DNA of 63,747 nucleotides, filler included, from Candidatus Rokuibacteriota bacterium (GCA_031406795.1; 5 parts of 5 records of this genome joined end to end with filler, not necessarily neighbours in it), one strand, 5' to 3'. Positions 43,036 to 53,295 are shown, counted from the first letter of the whole stretch. Numbers and translations: made by a program. Notes: generated by a model from the letters alone, not told the origin.

Positions 43036-43899
43036 CTAGGCGATCAGGGAATTCCAGTCCGCCGAGAATTTCTCCATCCCTTTGTCCGTCAGATCGTGCT
43101 CGAGGTGATACTGGTTCCAGTTCAACGTGAGCGGGACGTCGCGGTACTGAATGGGGGCGAGGTCTTTCGCGGCATAGCGGAAGTCGCCCGCGGGGACGGG
43201 CAGGCCGCGCTCGGCCCACTCCTTGAGGATCGCGAAGGGTGCGGTGACGATATCCGAGCCGAGGTGCAGCGCCTGCAGCAACTGATCGAGCGTCCTCACG
43301 CTGGCGGTCAGGACCTCGACGTGGTAATCGCCACCCCGGTACATCGCGAGGATGTTTGCTATCAGGTCCATACCGTTTTCGCCGCGGTCGTCCAGCCGGC
43401 CGACGAACGGCGAGACGAACACATCGCCGCGCTTCGCCCCGCGCGTGGCCGCGTAGACGGCCGCCGCCTGCTCCTGGGAAAAGCAGAGGGTCATGTTGAC
43501 CCGGTAACCCCGCTTGATCGCTTCGGCCGCCGCCTGCAGACCCGGGGCGGTGGTCGGAAACTTGATGTGGGCGTTGGGGATCCAGGCGAACATCTTCTTC
43601 GCCTGCTCGAGCATCGTCTCCGCCGTCGTCGCGGCATCGGCGTACACTTCGATCGAAATCGCCCCCTGCGGCAACAGCGCCGAAAGCTCCCGCACCACGA
43701 AGTGGTAGAAGTTCAGAATCTCCGCCGCGGTGAACTTCCGCCCTTCGGCGAGTGTCTTCTTCGCCTGCGGGTTTTTCGCGATCAGGGTCGGGTTGGTGGT
43801 CTGGCCGTCGAGAAAGCCCAGCAGCTCCAGGGTCTTCAGCGTCTCGTGTGGATCGCCGCCGTCGAGAAAGATCCGCGTCTTCAGGTTCTCGGGTCGCAT
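43036..43899 (-). CDS. Transaldolase family protein
   Basis: IFLDGGD, GQTTNPTL, HIKFP, VNMTLCFS, SPFVGRLDD. Confidence 0.9.
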   Translation of the reverse strand: MRPENLKTRIFLDGGDPHETLKTLELLGFLDGQTTNPTLIAKNPQAKKTLAEGRKFTAAEILNFYHFVVRELSALLPQGAISIEVYADAATTAETMLEQAKKMFAWIPNAHIKFPTTAPGLQAAAEAIKRGYRVNMTLCFSQEQAAAVYAATRGAKRGDVFVSPFVGRLDDRGENGMDLIANILAMYRGGDYHVEVLTASVRTLDQLLQALHLGSDIVTAPFAILKEWAERGLPVPAGDFRYAAKDLAPIQYRDVPLTLNWNQYHLEHDLTDKGMEKFSADWNSLIA

Positions 43900-43930
43900 G
43901 GCGTTTCCCTCCTCATCGTTCGGGTTCCAG

Positions 43931-44206
43931 TCAATTCTCCGGCTCCTCGCCGAATCCGGCGATCACGAGGTCGGTGATCGCCGCGATCGCGAGTTCCTCG
44001 TCCTCCCCGGTCGCGGAAACCTCGATGACGCTCCCGGTCGACGCGCCAAGCAGGAGCAGGTCGAGGATGCTCCGCGCATCGGCGGACTTCTCGCCCCGCC
44101 GCACCAGGACCTGCGAGGAGAAGTCGCCGATGCTGAAGACCATCGACGCCGCCGCCCGGGCGTGCAACCCGCGAGCGTTCCTGACCGTCAGCTTGCGCGT
44201 CATCAT
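43931..44206 (-). CDS. ptsH: HPr phosphocarrier protein
   Basis: GLHARAA (His15), ADARSIL (Ser46), ATGEDE. Confidence 0.9.
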   Translation of the reverse strand: MMTRKLTVRNARGLHARAAASMVFSIGDFSSQVLVRRGEKSADARSILDLLLLGASTGSVIEVSATGEDEELAIAAITDLVIAGFGEEPEN

Positions 44207-44289
44207 GACTCGACGATACCGCTTGTGCGACCGCGAAACATATGGGGTGAACACGGCATTTTCACCGGGAGGCGAGCACCGCCGGCCGG

Positions 44290-45192
44290 TCATATCTCCG
44301 CCAGCCGGTTGACGATTTCCAGCGCCGCGACCGCCCCCTGACCGGCGCTGATCACCGCCTGGGAGTGCCCGTCGCACAGCGCGCCGACGACGAACAGGCC
44401 GCGAACGCTGGACTCCCCACTGGCATTGGCGCGGATCTGAAAACCCCTCGAGCCGCGTTTCAGGTCCAATCCGGCGAGATAGCCGTCGTTGAGCCTGAAC
44501 CCATGCCCGCCGAGAACCACCTCACAGGGGATGATCGTGCCATCCGCGAGACGGATCCCTTCGAGCCGCTCCTCGCCCAGCAGCTCCGCGGGCGTTCCCT
44601 GAAAGAGCGGTATGCCCTGCTCCTCGAGAAGAAAGCGATGGTCCTCGGGGAAGGCGAAACCTTCGGCGAGAAACGAGACATCCGGGGTAAAAAACCGCCG
44701 CGCCGCCAGCGCGAGGCGGACGCCGCTGAGGGCGGGTGAACTGACGAGCAGCTTCTTGCCGGTCGTGAGATAGCCGTCACAGATGATGCAGGTGAAGTAC
44801 GAGCGGCCGAAGTGCCGTCCGAGGTTCTTCAGGGACGGATAGCGCTCTCTCGCTCCGGAGGCGGCGATCACGTAGCGTGCGGCGTAGCGCGACCCGGCCG
44901 CGACGACCTCGAAGCGACCCTCCCCGCCGTCGACGCGCTCGACCGCGACCGGCGCCACGGTGACGCCGTGCGCCTGCGCCTGTTTCAATCCGACCGCGAT
45001 CAGATCGGTGCCGCTCACCGCGGGCAAACCGAGATAATTCTCGATCCGAACGGCGTGGCGCGTGCGGCCGATCGCGCCGTCGAAGAGCAGCACCCGAAGA
45101 TTGTAGCGGGCGAGATGGATCGCAGCCTGCAGGCCGCCCGGCCCGGCACCGACGATGATCGCATCGAAGGCCGTATCGGCTTCGCTCACCAT
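44290..45192 (-). CDS. Thioredoxin reductase-like FAD/NAD(P) oxidoreductase
   Basis: IVGAGPGG, ENYLG, CIICDGY, SAGQGAVAA. Confidence 0.88.
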   Translation of the reverse strand: MVSEADTAFDAIIVGAGPGGLQAAIHLARYNLRVLLFDGAIGRTRHAVRIENYLGLPAVSGTDLIAVGLKQAQAHGVTVAPVAVERVDGGEGRFEVVAAGSRYAARYVIAASGARERYPSLKNLGRHFGRSYFTCIICDGYLTTGKKLLVSSPALSGVRLALAARRFFTPDVSFLAEGFAFPEDHRFLLEEQGIPLFQGTPAELLGEERLEGIRLADGTIIPCEVVLGGHGFRLNDGYLAGLDLKRGSRGFQIRANASGESSVRGLFVVGALCDGHSQAVISAGQGAVAALEIVNRLAEI

Positions 45193-45263
45193 GACCCAGC
45201 CCCCCGGCATTCAGGACGCACCACGCGTCGCATTCTACCACCTCGCGCGTGCTGGTCGATCCG

Positions 45264-46943
45264 CTACCAGTCGCTGCCGCGCGCCCTCCCGCCCGGCTGC
45301 CCGCCGTCGATCGAAGCCAGGTAGTTCGCCGCGGCCAGACCCGCCTTGGCACCCGCCCCTTCCGCGACGACGATCTGCTTGTCCGGCTCGTCGGTCACGT
45401 CGCCGGCTGCGAAGAGGCCCGGGACCGAGGTCGACTGATCGCGGTTGACCAGGATCTCCCCCTGGGCGTTCAGCGGCACGAGCGCCGCAACCGGTCCGCT
45501 GTTGGGAATCAGCCCGATTTCCAGAAACGCGCCGTCCACGGACAACTGCTGTTGGGTTCCCCCATCCACCGACTCGAGGCGGACACCGGTCAGTTCCTGG
45601 ACCCCGATGAACTCCACGACCCTCGTCGCGGGGTGGAGCATGACCTTGGGGTGATCTGAGATTCCGGCCTGCAGAATGGCGTCGGCCTGCCAGTCGGGCA
45701 GCGGGTTGACCAGATGGATTTCCGCGGCGTAGCGCACCAGATCCCTGGCCGCCGTGAAGGCCGAATTCCCTCCCCCGATCACGGCGACCCGTTTTCCGGT
45801 GTAGAGCGGCGCGTCGCAGGTCGCGCAGAACGCTATGCCGCGCCCGAGGAGACCGGCCTCGCCCGGCACACCCAGGGTGCGATACTGTTTTCCCGCGCAA
45901 TAGATCAGGGTGCGGCCCCTGAAGTCGGTACCGTCCTCGACACGGGCGACGAACGCATCGCCCTGGCGTTCGATCGCCGAGACTCTGGTGTGAAGCGATT
46001 CGGCGATCTGGTAGTGCTCCATGTGGGCCCTGAACATCACGGCGAGATCGTGCCCGCCGATTCTCCTGACTCCCAGCCAGTTCTCGATCGCCGCGGTGTC
46101 GGAAATCTGTCCGCCCAGGCGGTCGCCGACGATCAGGACATCCAGCCCCTTGCGCACGGCGTAAATCGCTGCCGACATCGCGGCCGGCCCCGCCCCGACG
46201 ACGATCGCGTCGTATACGTGGCCGGGTACCGGGGCAAGCACCCGGCTTGCTCCCGAACGCGCGCGTGCTAACGCCTCCAATTCCTCGAAGACGTCGGGAG
46301 CGGCGATGCGGGTGATTTCGAGCACGGTCTCTTCAGGTGTGAGCAGCCCCTGGAAAGCCGGGCGTCCGTTGACGACGACCAGGGGAACCGCCCGGACGTC
46401 ATAGGCTCTGGCGCGGCCGGGGAACTCGTCCGACACCACGACGTCCGCCCGAACCTTGTCGTTGACCATGGCCATCTGGCAGGCCAGATGCGCCACACGC
46501 GGGCAGACCGGGCAGGTCAGGGTGACGAACACCTCGATGTGCGTCGGTGTGTCGATCCGCCTGACCCAGTCTTCAAGAGCCGGGGCGAGGCCCGAGCGGC
46601 CGTTGCCGACCATCAGCACCGCTTCGATCAACGTAGAGAACTCGTGGCCGGCCGCAACTCCATAGAAACGCAGCCCGAAATCCCGCTTGCCGAGGATGGC
46701 CGTGCAGGGTGCCTCATCGACTGCATACCGGCTGGCGATTTCCCGGTCTGATTCCACATCGTAGACTTCGAGCGAGATCCGGCTCGAGAGCTTCACGACA
46801 TCTTCGAGCAACCGCCGCTGGTCTTTCGAGCGGGAGGCCTGTTTGGACGTGAACAAGACGATCTTGACCGGCTCGGGAAGATACTTGTCCAACGAACCGG
46901 CGAGATCGACTGCCTTCTGTCCGGCGTCTTTGGCATCCGTCAT
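45264..46943 (-). CDS. AhpF-like fusion (protein-disulfide oxidoreductase + thioredoxin reductase)
   Basis: GHEFSTL, TLTCPVCP, VGAGPAA, CATCDAP, VIGGGNSA, FAAGDVT. Confidence 0.88.
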   Translation of the reverse strand: MTDAKDAGQKAVDLAGSLDKYLPEPVKIVLFTSKQASRSKDQRRLLEDVVKLSSRISLEVYDVESDREIASRYAVDEAPCTAILGKRDFGLRFYGVAAGHEFSTLIEAVLMVGNGRSGLAPALEDWVRRIDTPTHIEVFVTLTCPVCPRVAHLACQMAMVNDKVRADVVVSDEFPGRARAYDVRAVPLVVVNGRPAFQGLLTPEETVLEITRIAAPDVFEELEALARARSGASRVLAPVPGHVYDAIVVGAGPAAMSAAIYAVRKGLDVLIVGDRLGGQISDTAAIENWLGVRRIGGHDLAVMFRAHMEHYQIAESLHTRVSAIERQGDAFVARVEDGTDFRGRTLIYCAGKQYRTLGVPGEAGLLGRGIAFCATCDAPLYTGKRVAVIGGGNSAFTAARDLVRYAAEIHLVNPLPDWQADAILQAGISDHPKVMLHPATRVVEFIGVQELTGVRLESVDGGTQQQLSVDGAFLEIGLIPNSGPVAALVPLNAQGEILVNRDQSTSVPGLFAAGDVTDEPDKQIVVAEGAGAKAGLAAANYLASIDGGQPGGRARGSDW

Positions 46944-47021
46944 GGTCGCTCCGTCGCGCCGCAAGAAAACTGCGCCGTGCACCAATTTACTCAGGGCGCA
47001 GGCATTGCCCGCAGGCCCGGC

Positions 47022-47507
47022 TCAGTAATCTTCGAGGTGGTACCACTCCGCGTTCTCGAGCCACTGCTCGGGGCGCGAGACGAAGTCGATGATCCCCTCG
47101 ATGATCCGGTAATGCCGGCGCTCCTCGACGGCGATGCGCTCGAACGTCAGCTTCTCGGCGGGGGAGGCAGCGCGCTCGGCGGCGGAGCCGTAAAGCTCCC
47201 AGCTCTTGCGCTCCAGCTCCAGGGCCTTGCGGTAGAGTTCGACCTCGGAGGAGCGCGCACCCGCGGCCCCCTCTTTCTCCCGGATCTCGGCGAAGACGTT
47301 CTTCACCTGGTCGAGCAGCGCGGAGTCCGTGAGCGTGGCGTCCTCATGCGCCTTCATCCGGCGGAACAGATCGTAGTGAATCGTCTCCGCGTCGGCGAGC
47401 ATCAGCAGTATCCTGCTTAAGCCCGCACTGGCGGTCTTCGCCGCGCACTCCCGGTAATAGGCCTCGCCGTCCTTCTCCATCTGCATCGCAAAGCCGTACA
47501 CGTCCAT
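47022..47507 (-). CDS. Rubrerythrin-like ferritin-family protein
   Basis: AMQMEKDGEAYY, LADAETIH, ALELERKS..Y, EERRH. Confidence 0.85.
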   Translation of the reverse strand: MDVYGFAMQMEKDGEAYYRECAAKTASAGLSRILLMLADAETIHYDLFRRMKAHEDATLTDSALLDQVKNVFAEIREKEGAAGARSSEVELYRKALELERKSWELYGSAAERAASPAEKLTFERIAVEERRHYRIIEGIIDFVSRPEQWLENAEWYHLEDY

Positions 47508-47634
47508 CCGTAGCCTCCTCTTCTGGTGATCCGCCAGCAGTATGCCCTCGTTGCCGCGTTCTGGCGAGTCCCCGACACGGCAGGTCCCCGGCGCGCGGCC
47601 TTGCTCTCTCGGGAAGAAGCTCTATCATTCTCCC

Positions 47635-48540
47635 ATGGGGGATGCTCAGGTCACCGCCGCGGCAGGACGGGCGCGTTCCGACGGCGGGACCTCCGCCGTG
47701 CTGGAAGTCGCCGGCCTCTCCAAGTCCTTCGGGAGCGTCCGGGCCGTGGACGCACTGACGTTCGCGCTCGCGGCCGGCGAATTCGTCGGGCTGCTCGGTC
47801 CCAACGGCGCCGGCAAGACCACCACCATCAAGATGCTCACCGGCCTGATGCGGCCCGGCGCCGGCACGATCCGGTACTACGGCCGCGACTTCCTGCGCTT
47901 CCCCCGCGAGGCCAAGCGGGAGATCGGCGTCGTGCAGCAGATCAGCAACCTCGACCGCGATCTGACGGCTCGCGAGAACCTGACCCTCCACGCCATCCTG
48001 CACGGCCTCGGCGGCGCCGGGCGCCGCGATCGGATCGAGGAGGCCCTGCGTTTCGCGGGCCTCGAAGCGGCGGGGGACCGGCCGGTCAGGACCTTCTCCG
48101 GCGGCATGGGCCGGCGCCTCGTCATCGTGCGGGCGCTGCTGCACGAACCGAAGATCCTCTTCCTCGACGAGCCGACGGTCGGCCTCGACCCGCAGATCCG
48201 CCGCGACCTGTGGGACCTGATCATCCGGATCAATCAGTCCCGCAAGACCGCCATCCTGCTGACGACGCATTACATCGAGGAGGCGGAGCGCCTCTGCAGC
48301 CGGGTCCTGATCCTCAACGACGGCCGGCTGGCGGCCGAAGGCTCCCCGGCCGGGCTCAAGCGGGGGCTCGGGAGATTCGTGCTGGAGATCCTGCGCGAGG
48401 AGGGTCTGGAAGAGGTTTTTTTCGAGACCCGCGAGGAGGCGGTCGCCCGGCTGGGCGTCTGCACCACCTCCTGCAAAGTGCGGGAGTCGACCCTGGAGGA
48501 CGTCTTCCTGAAGCTGACCGGCCGGCGGATGGAGCGGTAG
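47635..48540 (+). CDS. ABC transporter ATP-binding protein (NodI/DrrA-like)
   Basis: GPNGAGKTT, FSGGMGRR, FLDEPTVGLDP. Confidence 0.92.
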   Translation: MGDAQVTAAAGRARSDGGTSAVLEVAGLSKSFGSVRAVDALTFALAAGEFVGLLGPNGAGKTTTIKMLTGLMRPGAGTIRYYGRDFLRFPREAKREIGVVQQISNLDRDLTARENLTLHAILHGLGGAGRRDRIEEALRFAGLEAAGDRPVRTFSGGMGRRLVIVRALLHEPKILFLDEPTVGLDPQIRRDLWDLIIRINQSRKTAILLTTHYIEEAERLCSRVLILNDGRLAAEGSPAGLKRGLGRFVLEILREEGLEEVFFETREEAVARLGVCTTSCKVRESTLEDVFLKLTGRRMER

Positions 48541-48550
48541 GGGCGCGACG

Positions 48551-49288
48551 ATGTGGAACGGGGTGCGCGGCGTGCTCTACCGGGAACTGAAGGTCTACTC
48601 CAAACGCGCCGGCAAGCAGCTCCTGGCTTCCTCCATCTCCCCGCTGCTCTTCCTCGTCGCCTTCGGCTGGGGTTTCGGACGGGGAGTGACCATGGAGGGG
48701 GTACCGTACCTGACGTTTCTGATCCCCGGACTCATCGCGATGAGCAGCCTCAACCAGAGCTACGGCATCGCCCAGGAGCTGAACATCTCGCGCTTCTACT
48801 TCCATGTCTTCGACGAGTTCCTGATCGCCCCGGTCACCCCGCTCGGGATCGTGCTCGGGGAGACGCTTTACGGCATGTTCCGGGGACTGTTGAGCGCAGT
48901 GCTCATCCTGCTGATCGCCCTGCCCTTCGGGGTCCCGTTCGCTCCGACGCCGGTGTTTTTCGCGGCGCTGGCTCTGCACACCTTCATCTTCGCCTCGCTC
49001 GGCGTCGCGCTCGCGATGCTTGTGCAGGACCACGCCGGGCAGGCCGCCATCACCAACTTCGTGATCACCCCGATGATCTTCCTCGGCGGCACATTCTTCT
49101 CCCTGGAGCGGCTGCCCTCGCCGCTCCAGCTGGCGGTCTCGCTGCTGCCGCTCTCGCATTCGGTACGGGTCCTCCGCGACGCCTTCCTCGGCAGGGCCAC
49201 CGATCCCGTCCACCTGCCGGTGCTGCTCCTCTTTGCCGGCGGCTGCTTCGCCCTGGCCCTGCTCGCGGTGAAGCGGGTCGAAGCCTGA
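48551..49288 (+). CDS. ABC-2 permease
   Basis: Six-TM pattern, YLTFLIPGL, PMIFLGGTFF. Confidence 0.9.
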   Translation: MWNGVRGVLYRELKVYSKRAGKQLLASSISPLLFLVAFGWGFGRGVTMEGVPYLTFLIPGLIAMSSLNQSYGIAQELNISRFYFHVFDEFLIAPVTPLGIVLGETLYGMFRGLLSAVLILLIALPFGVPFAPTPVFFAALALHTFIFASLGVALAMLVQDHAGQAAITNFVITPMIFLGGTFFSLERLPSPLQLAVSLLPLSHSVRVLRDAFLGRATDPVHLPVLLLFAGGCFALALLAVKRVEA

Positions 49289-49304
49289 GCGGGGCCCGCC
49301 GCCG

Positions 49305-49829
49305 TTATTTGATCACGCCGCACGCCAGACGGGCGCCGCCGCCGCCGAGAGGCGCGGGCGCGTCGGAGTAAGTGTCGCCGCCCGCGTGGATCATCAGGGA
49401 ACGCCCCGCCAGGTCCGCGAGCTTCAGCCGCGGCGCGCCAACCGGCTGCGTGGCCTTCCCGTCTGCGCCCACGGTAAGCGCCGGCAAATCGCCGAGGTGG
49501 CCGACGCCGGAGGGGCCTTCGTGCTTCGCGGTCGCAGCCGGGTCGTAATGCCCGCCCGCCGCCAGGCCGGGAACTCTCTTTCCGTCCTTTTCTCCCGCCG
49601 CGCAGTCCGCGTTCTGGTGGACGTGGAACCCATGCACCCCAGGCGGCAGGTCCGTGAGCTCCGGCGTGAGCACCAGCCCGTTCGGCCCCTCGGTGATCGA
49701 CACCGAGCCGATTGCCTTGCCGACCCCCTGCTCATCGACCAGGTTCATCTGCACGACGGTGCCTTCTGCGAACGCCCTGCCCGTGAAGACCAGCGCCGCG
49801 ACAGCCACAACTGCCAGTGCCTTTCTCAT
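49305..49829 (-). CDS. sodC: Cu/Zn superoxide dismutase
   Basis: Signal peptide; [40 protein letters not shown]. Confidence 0.95.
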   Translation of the reverse strand: MRKALAVVAVAALVFTGRAFAEGTVVQMNLVDEQGVGKAIGSVSITEGPNGLVLTPELTDLPPGVHGFHVHQNADCAAGEKDGKRVPGLAAGGHYDPAATAKHEGPSGVGHLGDLPALTVGADGKATQPVGAPRLKLADLAGRSLMIHAGGDTYSDAPAPLGGGGARLACGVIK

Positions 49830-50024
49830 GCCAGACCCTCCCCCGTTGGTTGCCTTTGAATATAAACCTTTGAAAAGCCTTTGGCACCTCCTGACCGCCG
49901 ACCCTGAGCGCGATCGCCGGGTGACGCCGCGGGGAAAAAGATTTATGGTATGGTCAGCACTCTCACACGGAGCCGGGGCCTGAGGCCAGTGCCCCGGCGA
50001 AATTCCACGGCCGGAGGAGGACTC

Positions 50025-50708
50025 ATGAGCACGATTCGTGTCCTGTCCCGAAGCGACGCCCCGTTCCGCGACCGGCGTGAGGCCGGAATTCTGCTCGCCC
50101 GCGAGCTGGAGGCCTATCGCGCCCGGCGGCCCGTCGTTCTCGGCATCCCCCGCGGAGGCGTCGTCGTCGCGGAGCAGATCGCCGTCGGCCTCGACGCCGA
50201 ACTCGACATCGTGCTCGCGCGAAAGATCGGCGCCCCGGGCAATCCCGAGCTCGCGATCGGGGCCGTCGCCGAGGACGGGCATCTGATCCTCGACGAGCGC
50301 ATCCGGATGCGGCTCGGGGTGTCGCAGCAGTTCGTCGCCCAGCAGCAGGCCCGCCAGGTCGAAGAGATCGCACGGCGCGTCGCCCTCTTCCGCGCCGTGC
50401 GTCCCAAGATCCCGCTCCAGGGCCGGGTGGTGATCGTCGCCGACGACGGGCTGGCGACCGGGGCCACGATGGAGGCGGCGCTGTGGGCCGTTCACCGCGA
50501 GCGACCGGGACACCTCGTCATCGCGGTGCCGGTGGGCGCGGCCGATACCATCGAGCGGCTGGCCGGACAAGCCGACGAGTTGCTCTGCCTTCAGGCGCCG
50601 GAGGACTTCGGCGCCGTCGGGAGGTTCTTCGTCCGGTTCGACCAGACTACCGACGAAGAGGTCGTCGAGATTCTCCGGAGCCGGCGCGGCACGGGGAAGG
50701 AGACCTGA
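50025..50708 (+). CDS. Phosphoribosyltransferase family protein
   Basis: [38 protein letters not shown]. Confidence 0.9.
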   Translation: MSTIRVLSRSDAPFRDRREAGILLARELEAYRARRPVVLGIPRGGVVVAEQIAVGLDAELDIVLARKIGAPGNPELAIGAVAEDGHLILDERIRMRLGVSQQFVAQQQARQVEEIARRVALFRAVRPKIPLQGRVVIVADDGLATGATMEAALWAVHRERPGHLVIAVPVGAADTIERLAGQADELLCLQAPEDFGAVGRFFVRFDQTTDEEVVEILRSRRGTGKET

Positions 50709-50886
50709 CGGTCATTTCGCGAGACTCCTGCTCGCTGGCCGCAACGGAGCCCTTGCGGCCGGCCCGACGAGGAACTATCATCCAGTGGCAATCCATCGGT
50801 AGTCGCCACAACCCCGGTTCCGGCGGCGGGCGAACAGAGCCCGGCAGCTTTGCGAATCGGTGGAGCAACGAAGCAAGGAGGCTGAC

Positions 50887-51192
50887 ATGGAGAGGAAAGA
50901 CCTGAAGAAGCTGCTCGCAGGATTGAGCATCGCGGGCCTTGTGGGGGCCGGCATCAGCACGGTGGCGTTCGTCCAGCCGGCCGCCGCTGCCTGAAGCGGC
51001 ATGCCCCAGGGTGCAGTTAGCACCCCGGCCGTCCCGGAAGTCACGGTCCTCGTTGTCAATCAGAAGCCCGTCAAGAACATCCAGGAGCTGAAGCTGATCC
51101 TGGATACGCTCACGCCGGGCGCGAATGTCGCGATCACCTTCCAGAGCCAGGGAAAGAACCTGGCGATCGAGGGCGTGATCAAGCAGAAGTAA
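50887..51192 (+). CDS. Putative selenoprotein: SbtA/selenobiotic-like leader, Sec36 (UGA 50992-50994), PDZ-like tail
   Basis: AAGGAGG RBS; MERKDLKKLLAGLSIAGLVGAG..QPAAAA-U-SGMPQ..VVNQKPVKNIQEL..LTPGANVAITF; open to TAA at 51192. Confidence 0.75.
51009..51025 (+). promoter_or_regulatory. Candidate bacterial SECIS hairpin
   Basis: GGGTGC-AGTTA-GCACCC starting 14 nt after the in-frame UGA. Confidence 0.6.
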
Positions 51193-51248
51193 GATCGTCG
51201 GCCGCACCTGGCCCGCCAACCGGACCAGGTGCGGCGGGAGGCGCATTC

Positions 51249-52022
51249 TTGACGATCTTCCTCATCAAGTCCCTGCTTTCACTGTTGCTGCTGTTCGGCG
51301 TCGCGGTGAGCGCATATGCCATGCTCGAGGCCTGCGGTCGCGGGGCGGCGGTGGCCTCCGCCGAACGCTTCAAGCGGATCCATCGGGTTGCCGGCTATTC
51401 CTCCCTGCTGCTCTTCGCTCTGCTCGCCTATCTCTGCATCGGCTTCGCCGCGGCGGCGAAAACGGAACCCTCCCCGCGGGCGGCACTGCACAGCGCGCTC
51501 GCGTATTCCGTCATCGCGCTGTTCGTCCTGAAGCTGCTCTTCCTGCGTGTCTATCGCCAGTTCAACGTCCAGGCGCGGATCTTCGGCATCGTCATTTCAG
51601 TCGCCATATTCGTGCTGGTGGGTGTCTCGGCTGGTCACTACCTCACCGTGAGCGGATTGGGGCGGGACCTGACCACGGACAAGAGCGCGTACTTCGAACT
51701 GCGAGGGCCGCTGCTGCGCGTCGTCCGGACCGCTATCCCGCCCCCGGCGGGAATCCGGACCGACTCGCTGAGCATCGCACGCGGCCGGACCATGTTCCTG
51801 GCGCGTTGCGCGGGCTGCCATGACGCGCTGAGCGCAAACATGATCGTGGGTCCGGGGCTCAAGGGTCTGTTCAAGAACGCCGCGCTCCCGGTCAGCAGGC
51901 ATCCCGCAACCGCCGAAAGCGTCCGGTTCCAGCTGCGACAGGCCATGCGCGGGATGCCCTCTTTCGACTACCTCACCGAAGAGGAGATGAGCGACCTCAT
52001 CGCGTACCTCAACACCTTGTGA
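51249..52022 (+). CDS. Four-TM membrane protein with C-terminal monoheme cytochrome c
   Basis: TM helices with His (IHRVAGY, ALHSAL); CAGCH, VGPGLKGL, MPSF. Confidence 0.8.
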   Translation: MTIFLIKSLLSLLLLFGVAVSAYAMLEACGRGAAVASAERFKRIHRVAGYSSLLLFALLAYLCIGFAAAAKTEPSPRAALHSALAYSVIALFVLKLLFLRVYRQFNVQARIFGIVISVAIFVLVGVSAGHYLTVSGLGRDLTTDKSAYFELRGPLLRVVRTAIPPPAGIRTDSLSIARGRTMFLARCAGCHDALSANMIVGPGLKGLFKNAALPVSRHPATAESVRFQLRQAMRGMPSFDYLTEEEMSDLIAYLNTL

Positions 52023-52259
52023 GGCGCGGGGCGATCAGGATTACCGGAACGGTGGCGGCGCCCGCAGCAACGTCCACTTCTTCAACGGGATGACCCGGAA
52101 GCCTGCCTGCTGCGCTGTGTGATATCCATCACACCGGACGCCCGAAGTTCCAGTATATTGGCGGGTGCAGGAGTCTACCGAAAGACCGCCAGGCTCGGCG
52201 TGCATGCGCATTGGCCGGGACGGCGGATACGATGCGGACCATTCACGGAGGGCATTGCG

Positions 52260-53255
52260 ATGAAGACGCGAATGATTGGTGCGGCGGCCTTGCTGGCGTT
52301 GAGCGCGCTCGCCGGCTGCGCCGGAAAGACGCAGCAGCTTCAGCTGCGCGACGGCACGGGCGACGCGAAGGAGACGGTCTTCCCGAAAGGGCGCTTGTTC
52401 GGCGGCGTGAGCCAGCAACAGGTCGGGACGCTCGCCCAGATGGTCGCTGCTACCAACAACACCACATCGGAGCGGCTCGACGCGGTGGATCGAACCACCG
52501 GCAAGACCGCCGACGCCGCGGCGCGGATCGAGACGAAGGCCCTGCAGATTGAGGCGAAGACCCAGCAGATCGAAACCGCTACCCGGGACATCCAGGCCTC
52601 GGAAAAGCGGATCGAGTCGGGCACGACCCAGATCGCGGAGGACACCCGACGGATCGAGGGCGAGACGCTGAAGATCGCCGAGGCCACCCGGCGAATCGAC
52701 GGCGCGACCCAGTCCATCTCGGAAACGACGGCGAAGGTGGCGGACACGACCCGGCGGATCGACGAGACGGGCACGAAGACCTACGACACCACGAGAATGA
52801 TCCTCGACGCCTTCGAGAAAGTTTCGAAGAAACAGGGCACCGGCGAGATTACCGTCTTCTTCCCGGTCGCCTCCAGCCGGATCGAGCCCGGTTCGCTGCA
52901 ATACCAGCGCGTCGTCACCTTCGTCGATTTTCTCGCGCGGGAGAGCCGCGGCCGCAAGCTGATGCTTGTCTCCGTCGGCAGCGCATCGGCTTTCGGCCCG
53001 AAGGAGATCAACGAGCGCCTGGCGAAGGAGCGCTCGGAGGCGCCGCTGGAGATCGTCGACCAGTACCTCGTGAACTTGCCGCATGAGTACGTGCGGATCT
53101 ACGGCACCGGCGACGCCTACAGCCCGCGCGACGTCTCGTTGAAAGAGCACCAGCGCTATCAGGCCGCGCGGCTGATCGCCTTCTACGAAATGGGTCAGCA
53201 GCCGCAGCTCCCGGACGCGCCTGAACCCGGCCCCGGCGCCGTGTCGCAGCGCTGA
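52260..53255 (+). CDS. Lipoprotein with heptad-repeat coiled coil and OmpA-like C-terminal domain
   Basis: LAGC lipobox; 7-aa repeats; VFFPVASSRI..VGSASAFG..NERLAKERS. Confidence 0.75.
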   Translation: MKTRMIGAAALLALSALAGCAGKTQQLQLRDGTGDAKETVFPKGRLFGGVSQQQVGTLAQMVAATNNTTSERLDAVDRTTGKTADAAARIETKALQIEAKTQQIETATRDIQASEKRIESGTTQIAEDTRRIEGETLKIAEATRRIDGATQSISETTAKVADTTRRIDETGTKTYDTTRMILDAFEKVSKKQGTGEITVFFPVASSRIEPGSLQYQRVVTFVDFLARESRGRKLMLVSVGSASAFGPKEINERLAKERSEAPLEIVDQYLVNLPHEYVRIYGTGDAYSPRDVSLKEHQRYQAARLIAFYEMGQQPQLPDAPEPGPGAVSQR

Positions 53256-53295
53256 CCGACGGGGGAAGCGCAGCCTCGCCGGTGGCGCGCCTCGG

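Noticed and set aside
49830-50570. Long N-terminal extension of the sodC ORF
   Set aside because: Antisense to the phosphoribosyltransferase; the real start with SD and signal peptide is at 49829.
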